From an uncultured delta proteobacterium (GTDB lineage: Bacteria > Myxococcota_A > Polyangia > Fen-1088): 64,000 nucleotides of DNA. Shown in pieces: positions 19,313-31,864 of the stretch. The notes under the pieces are model-generated. The model was not told where the DNA came from and did no database searches. It worked only from the letters and a program-made list of their open reading frames with translations. Numbering within the stretch: position 1 is the first letter of the stretch; the number at the start of each line of letters is the position of its first letter. Location of the stretch: positions 64,001-128,000 of the forward strand of contig CAVWIP010000017.1 in assembly GCA_963755125.1 (NCBI GenBank), read 5' to 3'. Both the position numbers and the translations under genes were made by a program.

Positions 19313-19992
19313 CTACCCATCCGTCTTCAGGTCTTCCGCGATCGTCGCGAACTGTTCCAGGGCGGCTTCGAGGTCGGCGGTGATGTCGGCGGCGATGACC
19401 TCCGGCGCGGGGAGGTTGGCGGATTCCTCCAGGGCCTCGTCCTTCAGCCAAAAGATGTCGAGGTTGAGCTTGTCGCGTTTCGTCAGCTCCTCCTAGGTGA
19501 AGGACTTGAAACGCTCGGTCTCCCGGCGGTCGCTGCGGTTCTTGCGGTTGAAGCAGGCGACGAAGTCGTCCAGATCGCCGCGTTTGAGGGTATTTTCCTT
19601 CAGCGTGAAGTGCAGGTTGGTGCGCAGATCGTAGATCCACAGCTTCTGCGTCCAGGGCTTTTCCTTGGTTCCGCAAACGCCGTAGAAGAGCCGCATATTC
19701 TCGATGTTCTGGACGGAAAAGCCGCGCCCAAGACGTGCGGTGAGGTCGGAGGCCAGCCGCTTCAAGAGCTGCTCGCCGTAGACGGCCCGTTTTGCGCCAC
19801 CTTGCTCGAATTCGACGATGCGCCGGCCAACCTCCCAGTATGTCGCCGTCATGAATGCATTGACGGCGCGAGCGCTGGCGCGGCGAGCGGATTCCAGCAG
19901 CTCGCTGACACCGCCGAGCAAGTCCGAATAGGTACGCGTTGCCACGATGTCCTTCGGGCATGAAGCGCTTGCCGACATGTTAACCCATCGCT
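19313..19992 (-). pseudogene. Chimeric relic of a type I R-M operon: hsdR start + yhcG 5' part + hsdM 3' part
   Basis: 19954-19992 resembles 35844-35882; about 19662-19930 resembles 32729-32995; about 19322-19664 resembles 26279-26620 with a TAC>TAG nonsense codon at 19493-19495. Confidence 0.9.
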
Positions 19993-20065
19993 ACAAATCC
20001 ATGCTGGCTTTCGCCGGAATGCGCGGGGCACGCACGTACGCCCCGCGCCGCCACCAATAACCTTA

Positions 20066-20084
20066 GTAGGCGGGACAGGGATTG
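20066..20084 (-). repeat. att-like 19-bp copy of the tRNA-Val 3' end
   Basis: GTAGGCGGGACAGGGATTG is identical to 45723-45741. Confidence 0.9.
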
Positions 20085-20200
20085 TCTTCCACCGAACCGT
20101 ACGGGCCTTCCGGGTGTTCATCGAAAGGTCGATCTCGATCTCGGCAAGATCGGCGGCGTCGCCCGCCGTGACCTCAATTGGCCTTGGGGCGGTTGCGCCG

Positions 20201-21181
20201 CTAGTACTCGGCGAGTGCGCCGAGGTGGAGGCCCGGATCCGGACGCCGGGCTGGGCTCTTGCGAGCCGAAACGCCCGCAGGTCGAGGTGTCCCGGCCGTC
20301 GCTCTGCCTCGCAGCAGCTCGATGTGCCGTCGCGGAGGTTCGCCAAAGAGCCGCCGGTACTCGCGGCTGAACTGGGACGGGCTCTCGTAACCGACCCGGA
20401 AGCTGGCCTCGGCCGCGTCCAGCGCTTCGGCCAGCATCAGGCGACGCGCTTCATGCAAACGAAGGTGCTTCTGGTACTGAAGCGGGCTCAACGCCGTAAA
20501 TGCTTTGAACTGATGATGAAGAGCCGAGACGCTCATGCCCGCTTGCTTGGCCAGGGCCTCCACCCGCAACGGCTCGGTGTAGTGGCCCTTGAGCCAGCTC
20601 AACGCACGCGTGAGCCGGTGCGCCTGTCCTGCTCGGGCGATAACTTGCCTCAGCCGCTGCCCAGCCGGGCCGATCACCAGGCGATAGGTGATCTCCCGGC
20701 GCAAAAGTGGCGAGAGAACCACGGCATCCTGCGGGCTATCGAGGATGTCGACGAGGCGGCACACCGATTGGATGAGTGCTGTGTCCAGCTTGCCCACGGC
20801 GAGGGCGCGAGCCGTTGCCACTGGCTGCCGGGCCGTATTCATCTGGGCCACGACTTCGCTCACGTCGCCGAGGTCCAGCAACAGCTTCAGTCCCAGATAG
20901 GGCATCCGGGCAGTGGCTCCCACGATCTGGGCCATGGCCGGCACGTCCGCAGCGATGAGCAAGTACTTCGTGGCGTCGTAGCGAAATTCGCGACCGGCGA
21001 GTGTTACCCGCTTCGAGCCCTGCGCGATCACGCAGAGTGCAGGCTCATACAGGATGGCGGCTGGCGCCGGATCGGCGGAGCGCCGATACAGCGTGAGCCC
21101 GTCGACTGCCGTTGGATAATTGCCGTCGACGCCACCGGTCTGGCGCTCGATCAGCTGCGCAAGATTGAGGGACGCTTCCAT
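20201..21181 (-). CDS. AraC-family transcriptional regulator (YqhC-like, AraC_N domain)
   Basis: LYEPALCVIAQGSK; MSVSALHHQFK...SPLQYQK.LRL.EAR...VGYESPSQFSREY. Confidence 0.95.
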   Translation of the reverse strand: MEASLNLAQLIERQTGGVDGNYPTAVDGLTLYRRSADPAPAAILYEPALCVIAQGSKRVTLAGREFRYDATKYLLIAADVPAMAQIVGATARMPYLGLKLLLDLGDVSEVVAQMNTARQPVATARALAVGKLDTALIQSVCRLVDILDSPQDAVVLSPLLRREITYRLVIGPAGQRLRQVIARAGQAHRLTRALSWLKGHYTEPLRVEALAKQAGMSVSALHHQFKAFTALSPLQYQKHLRLHEARRLMLAEALDAAEASFRVGYESPSQFSREYRRLFGEPPRRHIELLRGRATAGTPRPAGVSARKSPARRPDPGLHLGALAEY

Positions 21182-21197
21182 GGCTTGTGCACCTAGC

Positions 21198-21230
21198 TTG
21201 CAGGATTAGGCAAGAAGTGTCGAGGACCGT
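21198..21230 (+). promoter_or_regulatory. Probable AraC binding site (direct repeat with 21-bp period)
   Basis: TTGCAGGATTAGGCAAG...CGAGGACCGT; AGGAT at 21202 and AGGAC at 21223, in the divergent intergenic region. Confidence 0.5.
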
Positions 21231-21280
21231 GTGATGTCAGGCGTTGGCACGTGCGCTAGCTTGGCAACATCGAAATCAGG

Positions 21281-23178
<1,898 letters not shown>

Positions 23179-23182
<4 letters not shown>

Positions 23183-23766
23183 CGAACGTTCTCATCCTGG
23201 GCGCCAACGGCCAGCTCGCCCGCAATACCACGCCCGTCTTTCTTCGCGACACCGACGCCCGCCTGACCTTGTATTTGCGGCTGTCGAACAGGCTCCAGAA
23301 TCCGAATCCCAAGCGAGTGACCATCGTCGAAGGCGACGTGCTCGACCGCGAGGCTCTCGAAGCCGCGATGCGCGGACAGCACGTCGTCTACGCGAATTTG
23401 GTCGGAGACATGAAACGCCAGGCCGAGCACATCGTCGCCGCCATGTACGCGACCGGCGTGAGGCGCCTCATTTTCATCAGCTCGATGGGGATCTACGGCG
23501 AAGTGCCGGGAGAGAAGTATCGCAGCGTTCTTGATCCCTATCGGGACTCGGCTGCCATCATCGAGGCATCCGACCTCAACTACACGATTCTCCGGCCCGG
23601 CTGGTTCACCCACGACGACGAGGTCTCGTACCAGATCACGCAGAAAGGGCAGCCGTTCGAGGGACACGACATCTCCCTGAACAGCCTGTCCGACCTGATT
23701 GTGAAGTTGGCGATTACTCCCGGCATGGAAAGCCGTCGCAGTCTTGGGGTGAGCCGAACCAAGTAG
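23179..23766 (+). CDS. NAD(P)H-binding (atypical SDR) protein
   Basis: VLILGANGQLA, RRLIFISSMGIY, YTILRPGWF. Confidence 0.9.
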
Positions 23767-23826
23767 CGACAAGACCTCCCTACCACCAAGGGTGCTAGGA
23801 ATGCCTTTGATTTCCGATAGTTAAGT

Positions 23827-23838
23827 GTAGGCGGGACA
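23827..23838 (-). repeat. att core (12-bp copy of the tRNA-Val 3' end), distal boundary of the integrase island
   Basis: GTAGGCGGGACA is identical to 45723-45734, with arm-type repeats 60 bp inside. Confidence 0.75.
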
Positions 23839-23898
23839 CCTACCGAATTAGGCGAAAAACCCTATAAACTCAGGACGTTTGCTAAAACATGGGCAGAA

Positions 23899-23922
23899 AG
23901 TTGCCCCCAGAGTTACCCCCAG
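23899..23922. repeat. Integrase arm-type sites (tandem 12-mers)
   Basis: AGTTGCCCCCAG AGTTACCCCCAG, matching the repeats at 45585-45608. Confidence 0.75.
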
Positions 23923-24093
23923 AAACATGCCGTGCCAAGGGTTCAATCCCGGTGCAGACCTGGCCGACCCGGCGTCGATATTCATTCGCGCTGATAGACT
24001 CTTCGGCCACGGAAAGGCTACCAACCGAGAACTCCGAGCGCAACCCCGGTTCAGACGAGCCACCTGCACCAGGCCCCCACTAGGTCGGCAGCA

Positions 24094-26156
24094 TTAACCT
24101 CGCTTCAGTCCCTCCTCCAAGGCACTGTTGAGCACCCGCCAGCTCTCCGTCTTGTCGGCGCACACCCGTCTCATTAGACGCATCTTGAGTTCAAGGAGAG
24201 AAATCCTAAACACAAACGTTGAATGCAGTTTGCGCAGCACTTCCTTGCCGCTTGCATCCTTGTACCACCTATCGTCCCAAGTCTCCCTCCTCCGCTTCAT
24301 CTCTCGCTCGACCGCTTCGAGGAAATTGCCCGTCCATTCACCTTCTACAAGGTCCTTCATGCTGTTGCGAGAACACTCGATGCTATCCCAGAAGAGATGT
24401 GCCACGCCATTCCCATCCAGGCCAGCTGCGATCTCTTCCTTCCTGATTCCAGGGGATGTCGGGCGCAAGCGGCTGAACTGTTCAAAATACAACGAACGCC
24501 TGACCTCGCTCTCAGCATATTGCTTCAGAACGCGCGTCAACTCCCCCAGTGATGGCACCGTCTGTGGGTCCTTGAGGGACTCCTTCATCACGTCGTAGAC
24601 AATATTGGGTTCGAGCAAGAAGTTCTCGATGCAGTAGCGCTCCCACTGCTTGACCCGCACTTTGTTGCTGCTCTTCGCACTCGACAGCTTGCGATCACGG
24701 TCGAAGAAGAAGAAATGGTACGAATCGAGCTTTCCAGCTTCTTCGCTCCTCTGAAGACTCTCGATCTCCTTTTCGACCTCACCCCGACCTCCAAGCGATT
24801 TTAGGCGATAGCCGGATAAGGAGTCGCCCATGGCGGTCTCCAAAAGGTCGATATCGTCGCCACCTTCGAGAAAGATAGTTCCCTTGGTGGAGAACAAGAC
24901 GTCACTCGGTTCGGCTCCCAATCGCTCCAACGCCTCAAATACCTCAGCCTTGTGCGACTTAAGGATTTGGGTGATATCAGTGCCCGAGCGCAAGTGGTGC
25001 AGAGCACAGTCCTCTCGATCAAACGCAGCCCCCAGAATCTCAGGCGAATGGGTGCAGATGAAGGCCTGTTTTCGCTGTGGCACAAGGATCTCGTCCAATA
25101 AGAAAGGCAGAATCTTCTTGCACACCGCAGGGTTCAGGTGCAATTCCGGTTCGTCTATCAGAATGATGCCGCCATCGGCCGTATTGCGCTTCATCAGAAA
25201 GAACGTCAGGATCAGACCCTTCTCGCCGCTGCTCATGTTGTCAATGTCATAGACGGCCCCCGACGTCGTCTCCTTGATTCGTACTGAAAGATTGCCACTG
25301 GGTCCGATAAGCGGACCCTCAAGCTGCTTCCCCGGCAGGAGGTTGTTGAACACAAGTTCAAAGTCCCTCTTGAGCTGTTCCTGTTCGCGTATGCTGCTGA
25401 CATATTGATTCACGATGTATTGTTTTAGCCGGGTGTATTTGGTTGCTGGTTGTGCTAGGTGGGTCTGCAACTGAGCCGCCGCATCTGCACCGCCAATCTG
25501 AATATTCACCTCACCCTGTGGCATGGCGCGATCGGCGGGAAAGTAGTTGAAGATGCTGGATTGGGGCAAATATTGCAGGTCGAGAAAGGCGACAATCTCC
25601 TGATCAAGGGGACGGGTTCCACGAATGCCGTTAGGGCCGTTCATGATCTCCAGCGTAGGCTGAATTGCCCTTACGGCCTTGACTTGAGCGAATTCCTCGG
25701 TGACCCGACCTTTGATCTGGGTCAGTGTCTGGAGGCCTTGTGGTGTGGAAAGGTATTGGATTAGCGCGAGATCTTCCTGACCGGGAAGCACTGCGAGATG
25801 GCCGCGGAGTCGTCTCGCCGCAAGCTGATCGATGTTCTTTTCAATTAGCGATAGCTCTTCGTCATCGAGCTGAATCTTAACGCGATTCGCAAGGGTAGTC
25901 GTCCGTCCTTTAGAATGGCCGGTAGGTTCAAGAACTGTGGGAGGTGTGGTGATTGGGCACCAAGGGACTGAAGAACCGCAGCAGATTCGTTGGCTGCGGT
26001 GGGCATGAGTAATGCCTTGGCTAACCGGATTGCCTCAAGGATTGTAGTCTTCCCTGTGGCGTTGGGACCGACTATGACATTGGCCGCGCTCGTAGTTTGA
26101 AGAAACACATCCGCTAGGCCGCGAAAGTTCTCAATGTGAATGGTCTCGACTCTCAT
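24094..26156 (-). CDS. ABC/AAA-type ATPase fused to a TOPRIM (DUF4435/OLD-like) domain, PARIS-like; one-base frameshift near 25880
   Basis: N-terminal IENFRG...GPNATGKT (25845-26156) continues in the shifted frame to MSSGEK, ILIDEPELHL, CTHSP, then FLEGGDD, FDRD, YCIENFL. Confidence 0.8.
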
Positions 26157-26253
26157 AGTAGACCCCTGGGTCCGATTGAAAGTTCGTTGGCATCACAGAG
26201 GCGATCCGGCTGCGCCAACGGCGGGTGCATTATAGTTGGAAAGCCATGCCCTT

Positions 26254-27737
26254 TCAATTGCGCCCTCGCTCGATGTTGGTCTTCAGATCCTCCGCGATCG
26301 TCGCGAATTGTTCCAGGGCGGCTTCGAGGTCGGCGGTGATGTCGGCGGCGATGACCTCGGGTGCGGGGAGGTTGGCGGATTCCTCCAGGGCTTCGTCCTT
26401 CAGCCAGAAGATGTCGAGGTTGAGCTTGTCGCGTTTTGTCAGCTCCTCGTAGGTGAAGGACTTGAAACGCTCGGTTTCCCGGCGGTCGCTGCGGTTCTTG
26501 CGGTTGAAGCAGACGACGAAGTCGTCCAGGTCGCTGCGCTTGAGGGTGTCTTCCTTGAGGGTGAAGTGCAGGTTGGTGCGCAGGTCGTAGATCCACAGCT
26601 TCTGCGTCCATGGCTTTTCCTGCGCGGGCTTGCGGTCGAAGAACAGGACGTTTGCCTTGACCCCTTGCGCGTAGAAGATGCCGGTCGGCAGGCGCAGCAG
26701 GGTGTGAACGTCGGCCTGCTTGAGCAGTTCGCGGCGGATGGTTTCGCCGACGCCGCCCTCGAAGAGCACGTTGTCGGGCAACACCACCGCCGCGCGGCCG
26801 TGCTGCTTGAGAATGGTGAAGATGTGCTGGAGGAAGTTGAGCTGCTTGTTGCTGGTGCTGGCCCAGAAATCGTCGCGGTTGATGACTAGCGATTCCTTGG
26901 ACGTGTCGCCCGCCTCGTTGACGATGGTGACGCTGCTCTTCTTGCCGAACGGCGGATTGGCCAGGACGATCTCGTACTCGCCGTGCTTGCCGGCCAGCGC
27001 GTCCTTGGTCACCACTGGCAAATCGTCCTCTGACTCCCCGCCGATTCCGTGAAGCAGCAGGTTCATCGCGCACAGCCGGGTGACGCTGTCCACCAGCTCG
27101 ATGCCGAAGAAGGTGCCGCCCTTGAGCTTCTTCTTTTGCGCCCGGTCAAGGGCGTGGTGCTTGGCCAGGTAGTCGTGCGCCGCGAGCAAGAAGCCGCCCG
27201 TGCCGCACGCCGGATCGCAGATGGCTTGCCCGGGTTGCGGGGCGATCACGTCCACCATCGCGGCGATCAGCGGTCGCGGCGTGAAGTATTGGCCCGCTCC
27301 CCCTTCACATCCTCGGCGTTCTTTTGCAGCAAGCCCTCGTAGGCGTCGCCCTTCACGTCGGCAGACAGGCTGGACCACTGCTCCTTGTCGATGAGGTCCA
27401 CGATCAACCGACGCAGCTTGGCCGGATCTTGGATTTTGTTCTGCGCCTTGCGGAAGATCACCCCGAGCAAGCCCGACCGCTTGCCAAGCTCTTCGAGGGT
27501 CTTGCGGTAGTGGGCTTCGAGGTCGTCACCGTCAAGCTTCAATAGCGCGTCCCAGCCGAATGCCCTGGGGACAGCCGATGGTTTGTTGAACGGCGGCTTC
27601 GCCTGCTCGTCGGCCATCTTCAAGAAGAGGAGGAACGTCAACTGCTCGACGTAGTCGCCATAGGACAGACCGTCGTCGCGGAGGATGTTGCAGTAGTTCC
27701 AGAGCTTCTGGACAAGCTGTGTTGGGTTGTTCGACAT
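26254..27737 (-). CDS. hsdM: Type I R-M methyltransferase subunit; one-base frameshift in a G5 run near 27300
   Basis: LVQKLWNYCNILRDDG; KNAEDVKG then GAGQYFTPR in the next frame; DPACGTGGFL, ANPPF. Confidence 0.93.
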
Positions 27738-27740
27738 AGA

Positions 27741-30494
27741 TTATGAGAGCGCCCGCGAAATTCGATAATAGCGCTTGTCCAGGGCGTCCTTCCCCCCTTC
27801 CATCACTTCACACACGGCGCGGCGAACCTCCTGCCGCTGAAGCGCTCCCATGGCGCCGGCCCAAATCTGGCCTCCCCCAAAGCGCATCTCGATTATCTGT
27901 TCCGCTGCACCATTCACAGGGATATTGGGGTTGTGAGTCACGACGATCACCTGCTGTTTCCTTTTCAACCGCCGGAGGCCAGAAACGACAAGAGACGAGA
28001 TAAGGCGCGTGTCCAGATCGTCCTCGGGCTGGTCGATAATGAGCGGTGAATCATCAAGTGAAAGGACAAGGCCAAGAAGGCCGGCAGTTCGCTGTCCTGC
28101 CGACCCGGTTTCGATGTCCTCAACAGAGCCATCTGCCCTCACCAGGTCCAGATGCAACCTGTCATCTGGAGTCCATGCCGCGACACGATCCAAGTCTTCC
28201 GGTGTATTGAGGCGGAGTTGTTCGAGGTGCCGAGCGAAACGACGATCAAGACCCTTAGGATCAGCATACGTGGCCTCCCGCAGGATGGTCTGAAAGCAGG
28301 CCAGCCTTTCCCAGCGATCCTCCGCATGAGGCTGCGCGACAATCTCGGCTAAATGCCCGCTCGTCGTGCCGCCGTCGCAAGAACGAAAGATGTCATTTGC
28401 AAACTCGTCGCCAGACTTCCTAATCAGCTGACGTAGCTCCTTCTCCGCAGCTTCTCCATTACCCATTTCCTGAAGCGTGACCCTTATGTGCTCGCCAGTG
28501 TTTGCCTGCATCCAAGTGTCGATTGCACGCTTCCTCTCTGTACGAAGGAACCGCTCCTGAACTTCTATCTCCTGCAACAGACTTGTCCCCTCTTCGCGCA
28601 GTCTCGCCAAGTCGCATTCGTGTTGGGCCAACTTCTTCACCTTTGCCTCAAGCTCTGCGCGCTGCCTAAGCAAGCCTGAATAGCCCACGATATCGGCGTC
28701 ACCAGCCGCCTGCTGGACCAGGGTCCTGAGTTCCCCATACGCCCGAAGCGTCTCGTCGAATCTAGCCTTCCAAGGAACCCTCTCATAGGTGGAGGTCCAC
28801 TGGCTGCTCAAGGAAACCAAATCAGCTTCAACGGAAGCCAGTTTCAAATGCAACAGCTCATAGGCAGAAAGCACCGCTTGTAGTGGAGCGCTCGATGAGT
28901 CGCCGAGCGCAACCTTCAGGTCATTTTCCAATTCAATATGAGGAAACTGGCGGCGTGTCTCGGCGAAGGTGGCAGCCGTTGTCTCCAAAGCCACCCGTTT
29001 AGCGTCCAGCCCTTGCTTGGTAGTCTGGGCAGAGCGGTAATCCCTTAGCAGCTGTTTGTGGGCGCTGTCCTCGAAGATACCAATCTTCGCTCTCACGTCC
29101 TCCAAGTCAGCGCGAGCGTGGGCAACTGCGGCGATCTCCTTCTCAACCTGCCGAAGATCGCGGCGGTTTTGTAGCCACTTCTCCGTGCTAGACTGACGCT
29201 TTTCCAGCCAAGCACGCTTATCCCACCGCTCATCAATCAGGTTCAGCAACACGTCGGGCTGCTTCGTCATCTCGTAGAGCTGCTTCTGGCTGAAGATCCG
29301 GACGGGAAATCTCTTTTGGACGTCGCCAACATCGTCTGTCGTCGCCCAGGTGCCGCCGGCATCCTGTTCCTCCTGAGTGCAGGAGCCGTCGCTCTTCCAG
29401 ACGAGCGCAATGTCACGCCCATCCTTGACCAACTCCAGCCTGATGGATGTCTCTTGCCTCAACATGCCAGTCTCCCCACGCCCAACTGGAATGCGGTTGA
29501 ACTTGTCGAATTCTGCCTTGACCTCGGGTGGCATCCCGTCGGTCTTAGCCAAGACTATTCGCAGAAGGTCCAAAATCGTAGATTTGCCAGAGCCTCTGCC
29601 TCCGATGAGGGTAGTCAACCACGGGCTCAGGTTCAAGGTGAGATCTCGCCCGTTGCCGATCTTTTGGCCTTCGGCGACCGTCAACCGCCTGAGATGAAAG
29701 CGCCGGCCAACTTCGTTGGGGTCCGCGGGCGGGTCCTGTAAGGATCGCACACCGTCCTCGCCGTCGTGAAGAGCTAAACGGAGGGCTTCAAGGGAAGGCG
29801 ACTCCATCTTTACCCAAGCGTAGCGCCTTCCCACCGTAGCTGGGTGGTGCGTATCGGAGCCCATGACCGAGGCAAGGCTGAGCTTGAGCCCGGAGTACGT
29901 CGCGGGAGGTATGTAGGCGGGATCAATCAACTCCATGGCGAGTAAACCATCGGATTGCAGCGTCTGCTTCAGGGTGGGGCCACTTTGTTCCTGGAACAGA
30001 CCCGAGGGCGCGTCTGCGTGTGCAAGTATCGGGATACCGCCTTCCTGGCAAATCAGGTCGATCACCTCAGAACATGACTTCGTCGTGCAATCATCTGTCC
30101 TGCCGTATTGGCCACGGAAGCCGCACTTTGAGAGCAACCCGACGATGGTACTTCCGCAGGCGTTTGGGTCGAAGACCGCGATGACGTGAATTCCCCCGTT
30201 CACGCTTAGTTCGACGCCGGGAAACAGGGTTATTGGGCGGAATTCTGCGGATTTCTCGGAGTCCATGCGTGCCACCTCCGATTTGAGGTCGTCAATCCAT
30301 TCTCCGCTGTTGTGGTCGGTAATGGCAACGCAGTCCAGACCAGCCCTCATGAAGTCGAGAAGCCACTCGCGAGGAGTCCGTGACTTCAACGCCACTTGAT
30401 CGTTTCCCTTCCCGTAGTCATCCGATTTGGGGGTATGGGTGTGAAAGTCGAACTTCCACCAGTTTGCACCGAAGTGGCGTGTTGTGGCGCTCAT
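27741..30494 (-). CDS. PHP phosphoesterase domain fused to an SMC/ABC-type ATPase (Ppl/TrlF-like)
   Basis: DFHTHTP, ITDHN, PGVEL, AHAD, GSDTH; GGRGSGKST, long coiled coil, SAGQR, IIDQPEDDLD, VTHNPN. Confidence 0.9.
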   Translation of the reverse strand: MSATTRHFGANWWKFDFHTHTPKSDDYGKGNDQVALKSRTPREWLLDFMRAGLDCVAITDHNSGEWIDDLKSEVARMDSEKSAEFRPITLFPGVELSVNGGIHVIAVFDPNACGSTIVGLLSKCGFRGQYGRTDDCTTKSCSEVIDLICQEGGIPILAHADAPSGLFQEQSGPTLKQTLQSDGLLAMELIDPAYIPPATYSGLKLSLASVMGSDTHHPATVGRRYAWVKMESPSLEALRLALHDGEDGVRSLQDPPADPNEVGRRFHLRRLTVAEGQKIGNGRDLTLNLSPWLTTLIGGRGSGKSTILDLLRIVLAKTDGMPPEVKAEFDKFNRIPVGRGETGMLRQETSIRLELVKDGRDIALVWKSDGSCTQEEQDAGGTWATTDDVGDVQKRFPVRIFSQKQLYEMTKQPDVLLNLIDERWDKRAWLEKRQSSTEKWLQNRRDLRQVEKEIAAVAHARADLEDVRAKIGIFEDSAHKQLLRDYRSAQTTKQGLDAKRVALETTAATFAETRRQFPHIELENDLKVALGDSSSAPLQAVLSAYELLHLKLASVEADLVSLSSQWTSTYERVPWKARFDETLRAYGELRTLVQQAAGDADIVGYSGLLRQRAELEAKVKKLAQHECDLARLREEGTSLLQEIEVQERFLRTERKRAIDTWMQANTGEHIRVTLQEMGNGEAAEKELRQLIRKSGDEFANDIFRSCDGGTTSGHLAEIVAQPHAEDRWERLACFQTILREATYADPKGLDRRFARHLEQLRLNTPEDLDRVAAWTPDDRLHLDLVRADGSVEDIETGSAGQRTAGLLGLVLSLDDSPLIIDQPEDDLDTRLISSLVVSGLRRLKRKQQVIVVTHNPNIPVNGAAEQIIEMRFGGGQIWAGAMGALQRQEVRRAVCEVMEGGKDALDKRYYRISRALS

Positions 30495-31864
30495 GGCGTG
30501 GCTCCTCTCGGGGTGCGCGACGAGCCTCCCAGCAGCCGGCCGGTAAATGCCTTCTGGAGGATGGACTGGCGCAGGCGGGTGGCGCGCTGGAGGTTGGCGG
30601 CCACCGCCGTTTCCAACTCCTCCACCACGCTCAGGCGCCGTTCCACCTCGGCCACGATCCGCGTCTGCTCGGCGACTGGGGGAAGAGGGAGTACGATGGA
30701 TTTGATCTCCCCGAGGTTCAGCCTTGGACGACCTACTCCGTGAACCATTCCTTTGGTTCTCTTGCGGACCGGCTCGGAGTTGAGGACAGCGTTCAAGTAT
30801 TTCGAGGCTACAGAGCTGTGCGGCTTGAAGCGAATGCAGTCGGCCTTGACGATGGCTGGGCCTAGCGATTCTGGAATAGTGCAGGAGCGCGGTGGATTGT
30901 CGCCGAACCCAGCGATCACCACATCATTTGCGAACACTCGGTGCTTCTGAAGGCCCTCAAAGTGCGCCTGCGAAATGTGGGCGCGCTCATCGACGTAGAC
31001 GCCATCCCCGATGTTCTGGAGGCGAATGACACGGGGGCCGCTTTCCACATAGTGCTCGGTCTTGAGGTTCGAGCCAAACGGACCGTCAGTAATGGAATTC
31101 GGTTCGGGTGCTGCAAGTTGTTCAACCCTCGCCCACGTCCAGCCTTTGGGATGGGGTGGGAAACTCGTGGTGTCGGGCGCAACGGGTTCTTGGTAGCTGC
31201 CCCGACCTTTCCAGTTCTTGCGGCGTTCGGTGAGGATGCGGGCGAGGAGGGCTTCGCCGGTTTCAAAGGTCGATTTGCGCTTGCCGGTCTTGGCGAGTTC
31301 GGCTTCGGTGGGGACGAGGCGGCCTTCGCAGGCGGCTTTGAGCACGGCGGCGCGGTAGCGCTTGAGGTTGGCCTGCACCCGCCGCAACGCCGCCACGCCC
31401 ACCTCCAGCCGCGTGAATTGCTTGTCAATCTCCGCCACAATTCGCCGCTGTTCGGGGAGCGGGGGAACAAACAGCCTGGCCGTCTTCAGGTGTTGGAAGT
31501 GGCGAGCGTATCCCTTGTCGGGGAAGTCAAGAGCGTGAGCTATCAGATACAGCCATTTGGCATCGACCCCGAGGGGCTTCAGCACTTTCACTCCATCCGC
31601 GCCTGGCACGAATGGCTGATCCAGATACTTGAAGGCGCGCGTGTGATCGCCAAATACCAATAGGGGCAGGTCTTGCGATATGACCCTGTCCGCGTCGTCA
31701 GAGTAGCCACCGATAAACCGCTGCCCTTGGTCCACAACGGGAAAACGCCCCGATTCCAAATACTCCCCTCTGGGGAGTTTCTTTTCATTGGTAGAAACAG
31801 TTGAGACCACTGCTCCAAAAGTGGTTTCCGTCCAACCATGCGGCAGCCCGGAGGTCGCCGTCAC
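30491..31864 (-). CDS. hsdS: Type I R-M specificity subunit
   Basis: LPHGW start; two TRDs followed by PPLPEQRRIVAEI and PPVAEQTRIVAEV; LRQSILQKAFTG. Confidence 0.93.
   Translation of the reverse strand: MTATSGLPHGWTETTFGAVVSTVSTNEKKLPRGEYLESGRFPVVDQGQRFIGGYSDDADRVISQDLPLLVFGDHTRAFKYLDQPFVPGADGVKVLKPLGVDAKWLYLIAHALDFPDKGYARHFQHLKTARLFVPPLPEQRRIVAEIDKQFTRLEVGVAALRRVQANLKRYRAAVLKAACEGRLVPTEAELAKTGKRKSTFETGEALLARILTERRKNWKGRGSYQEPVAPDTTSFPPHPKGWTWARVEQLAAPEPNSITDGPFGSNLKTEHYVESGPRVIRLQNIGDGVYVDERAHISQAHFEGLQKHRVFANDVVIAGFGDNPPRSCTIPESLGPAIVKADCIRFKPHSSVASKYLNAVLNSEPVRKRTKGMVHGVGRPRLNLGEIKSIVLPLPPVAEQTRIVAEVERRLSVVEELETAVAANLQRATRLRQSILQKAFTGRLLGGSSRTPRGATP

Noticed and set aside
23940..23955. 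GGTTCAATCCCGG, T-loop-like sequence
   Set aside because: No surrounding cloverleaf.
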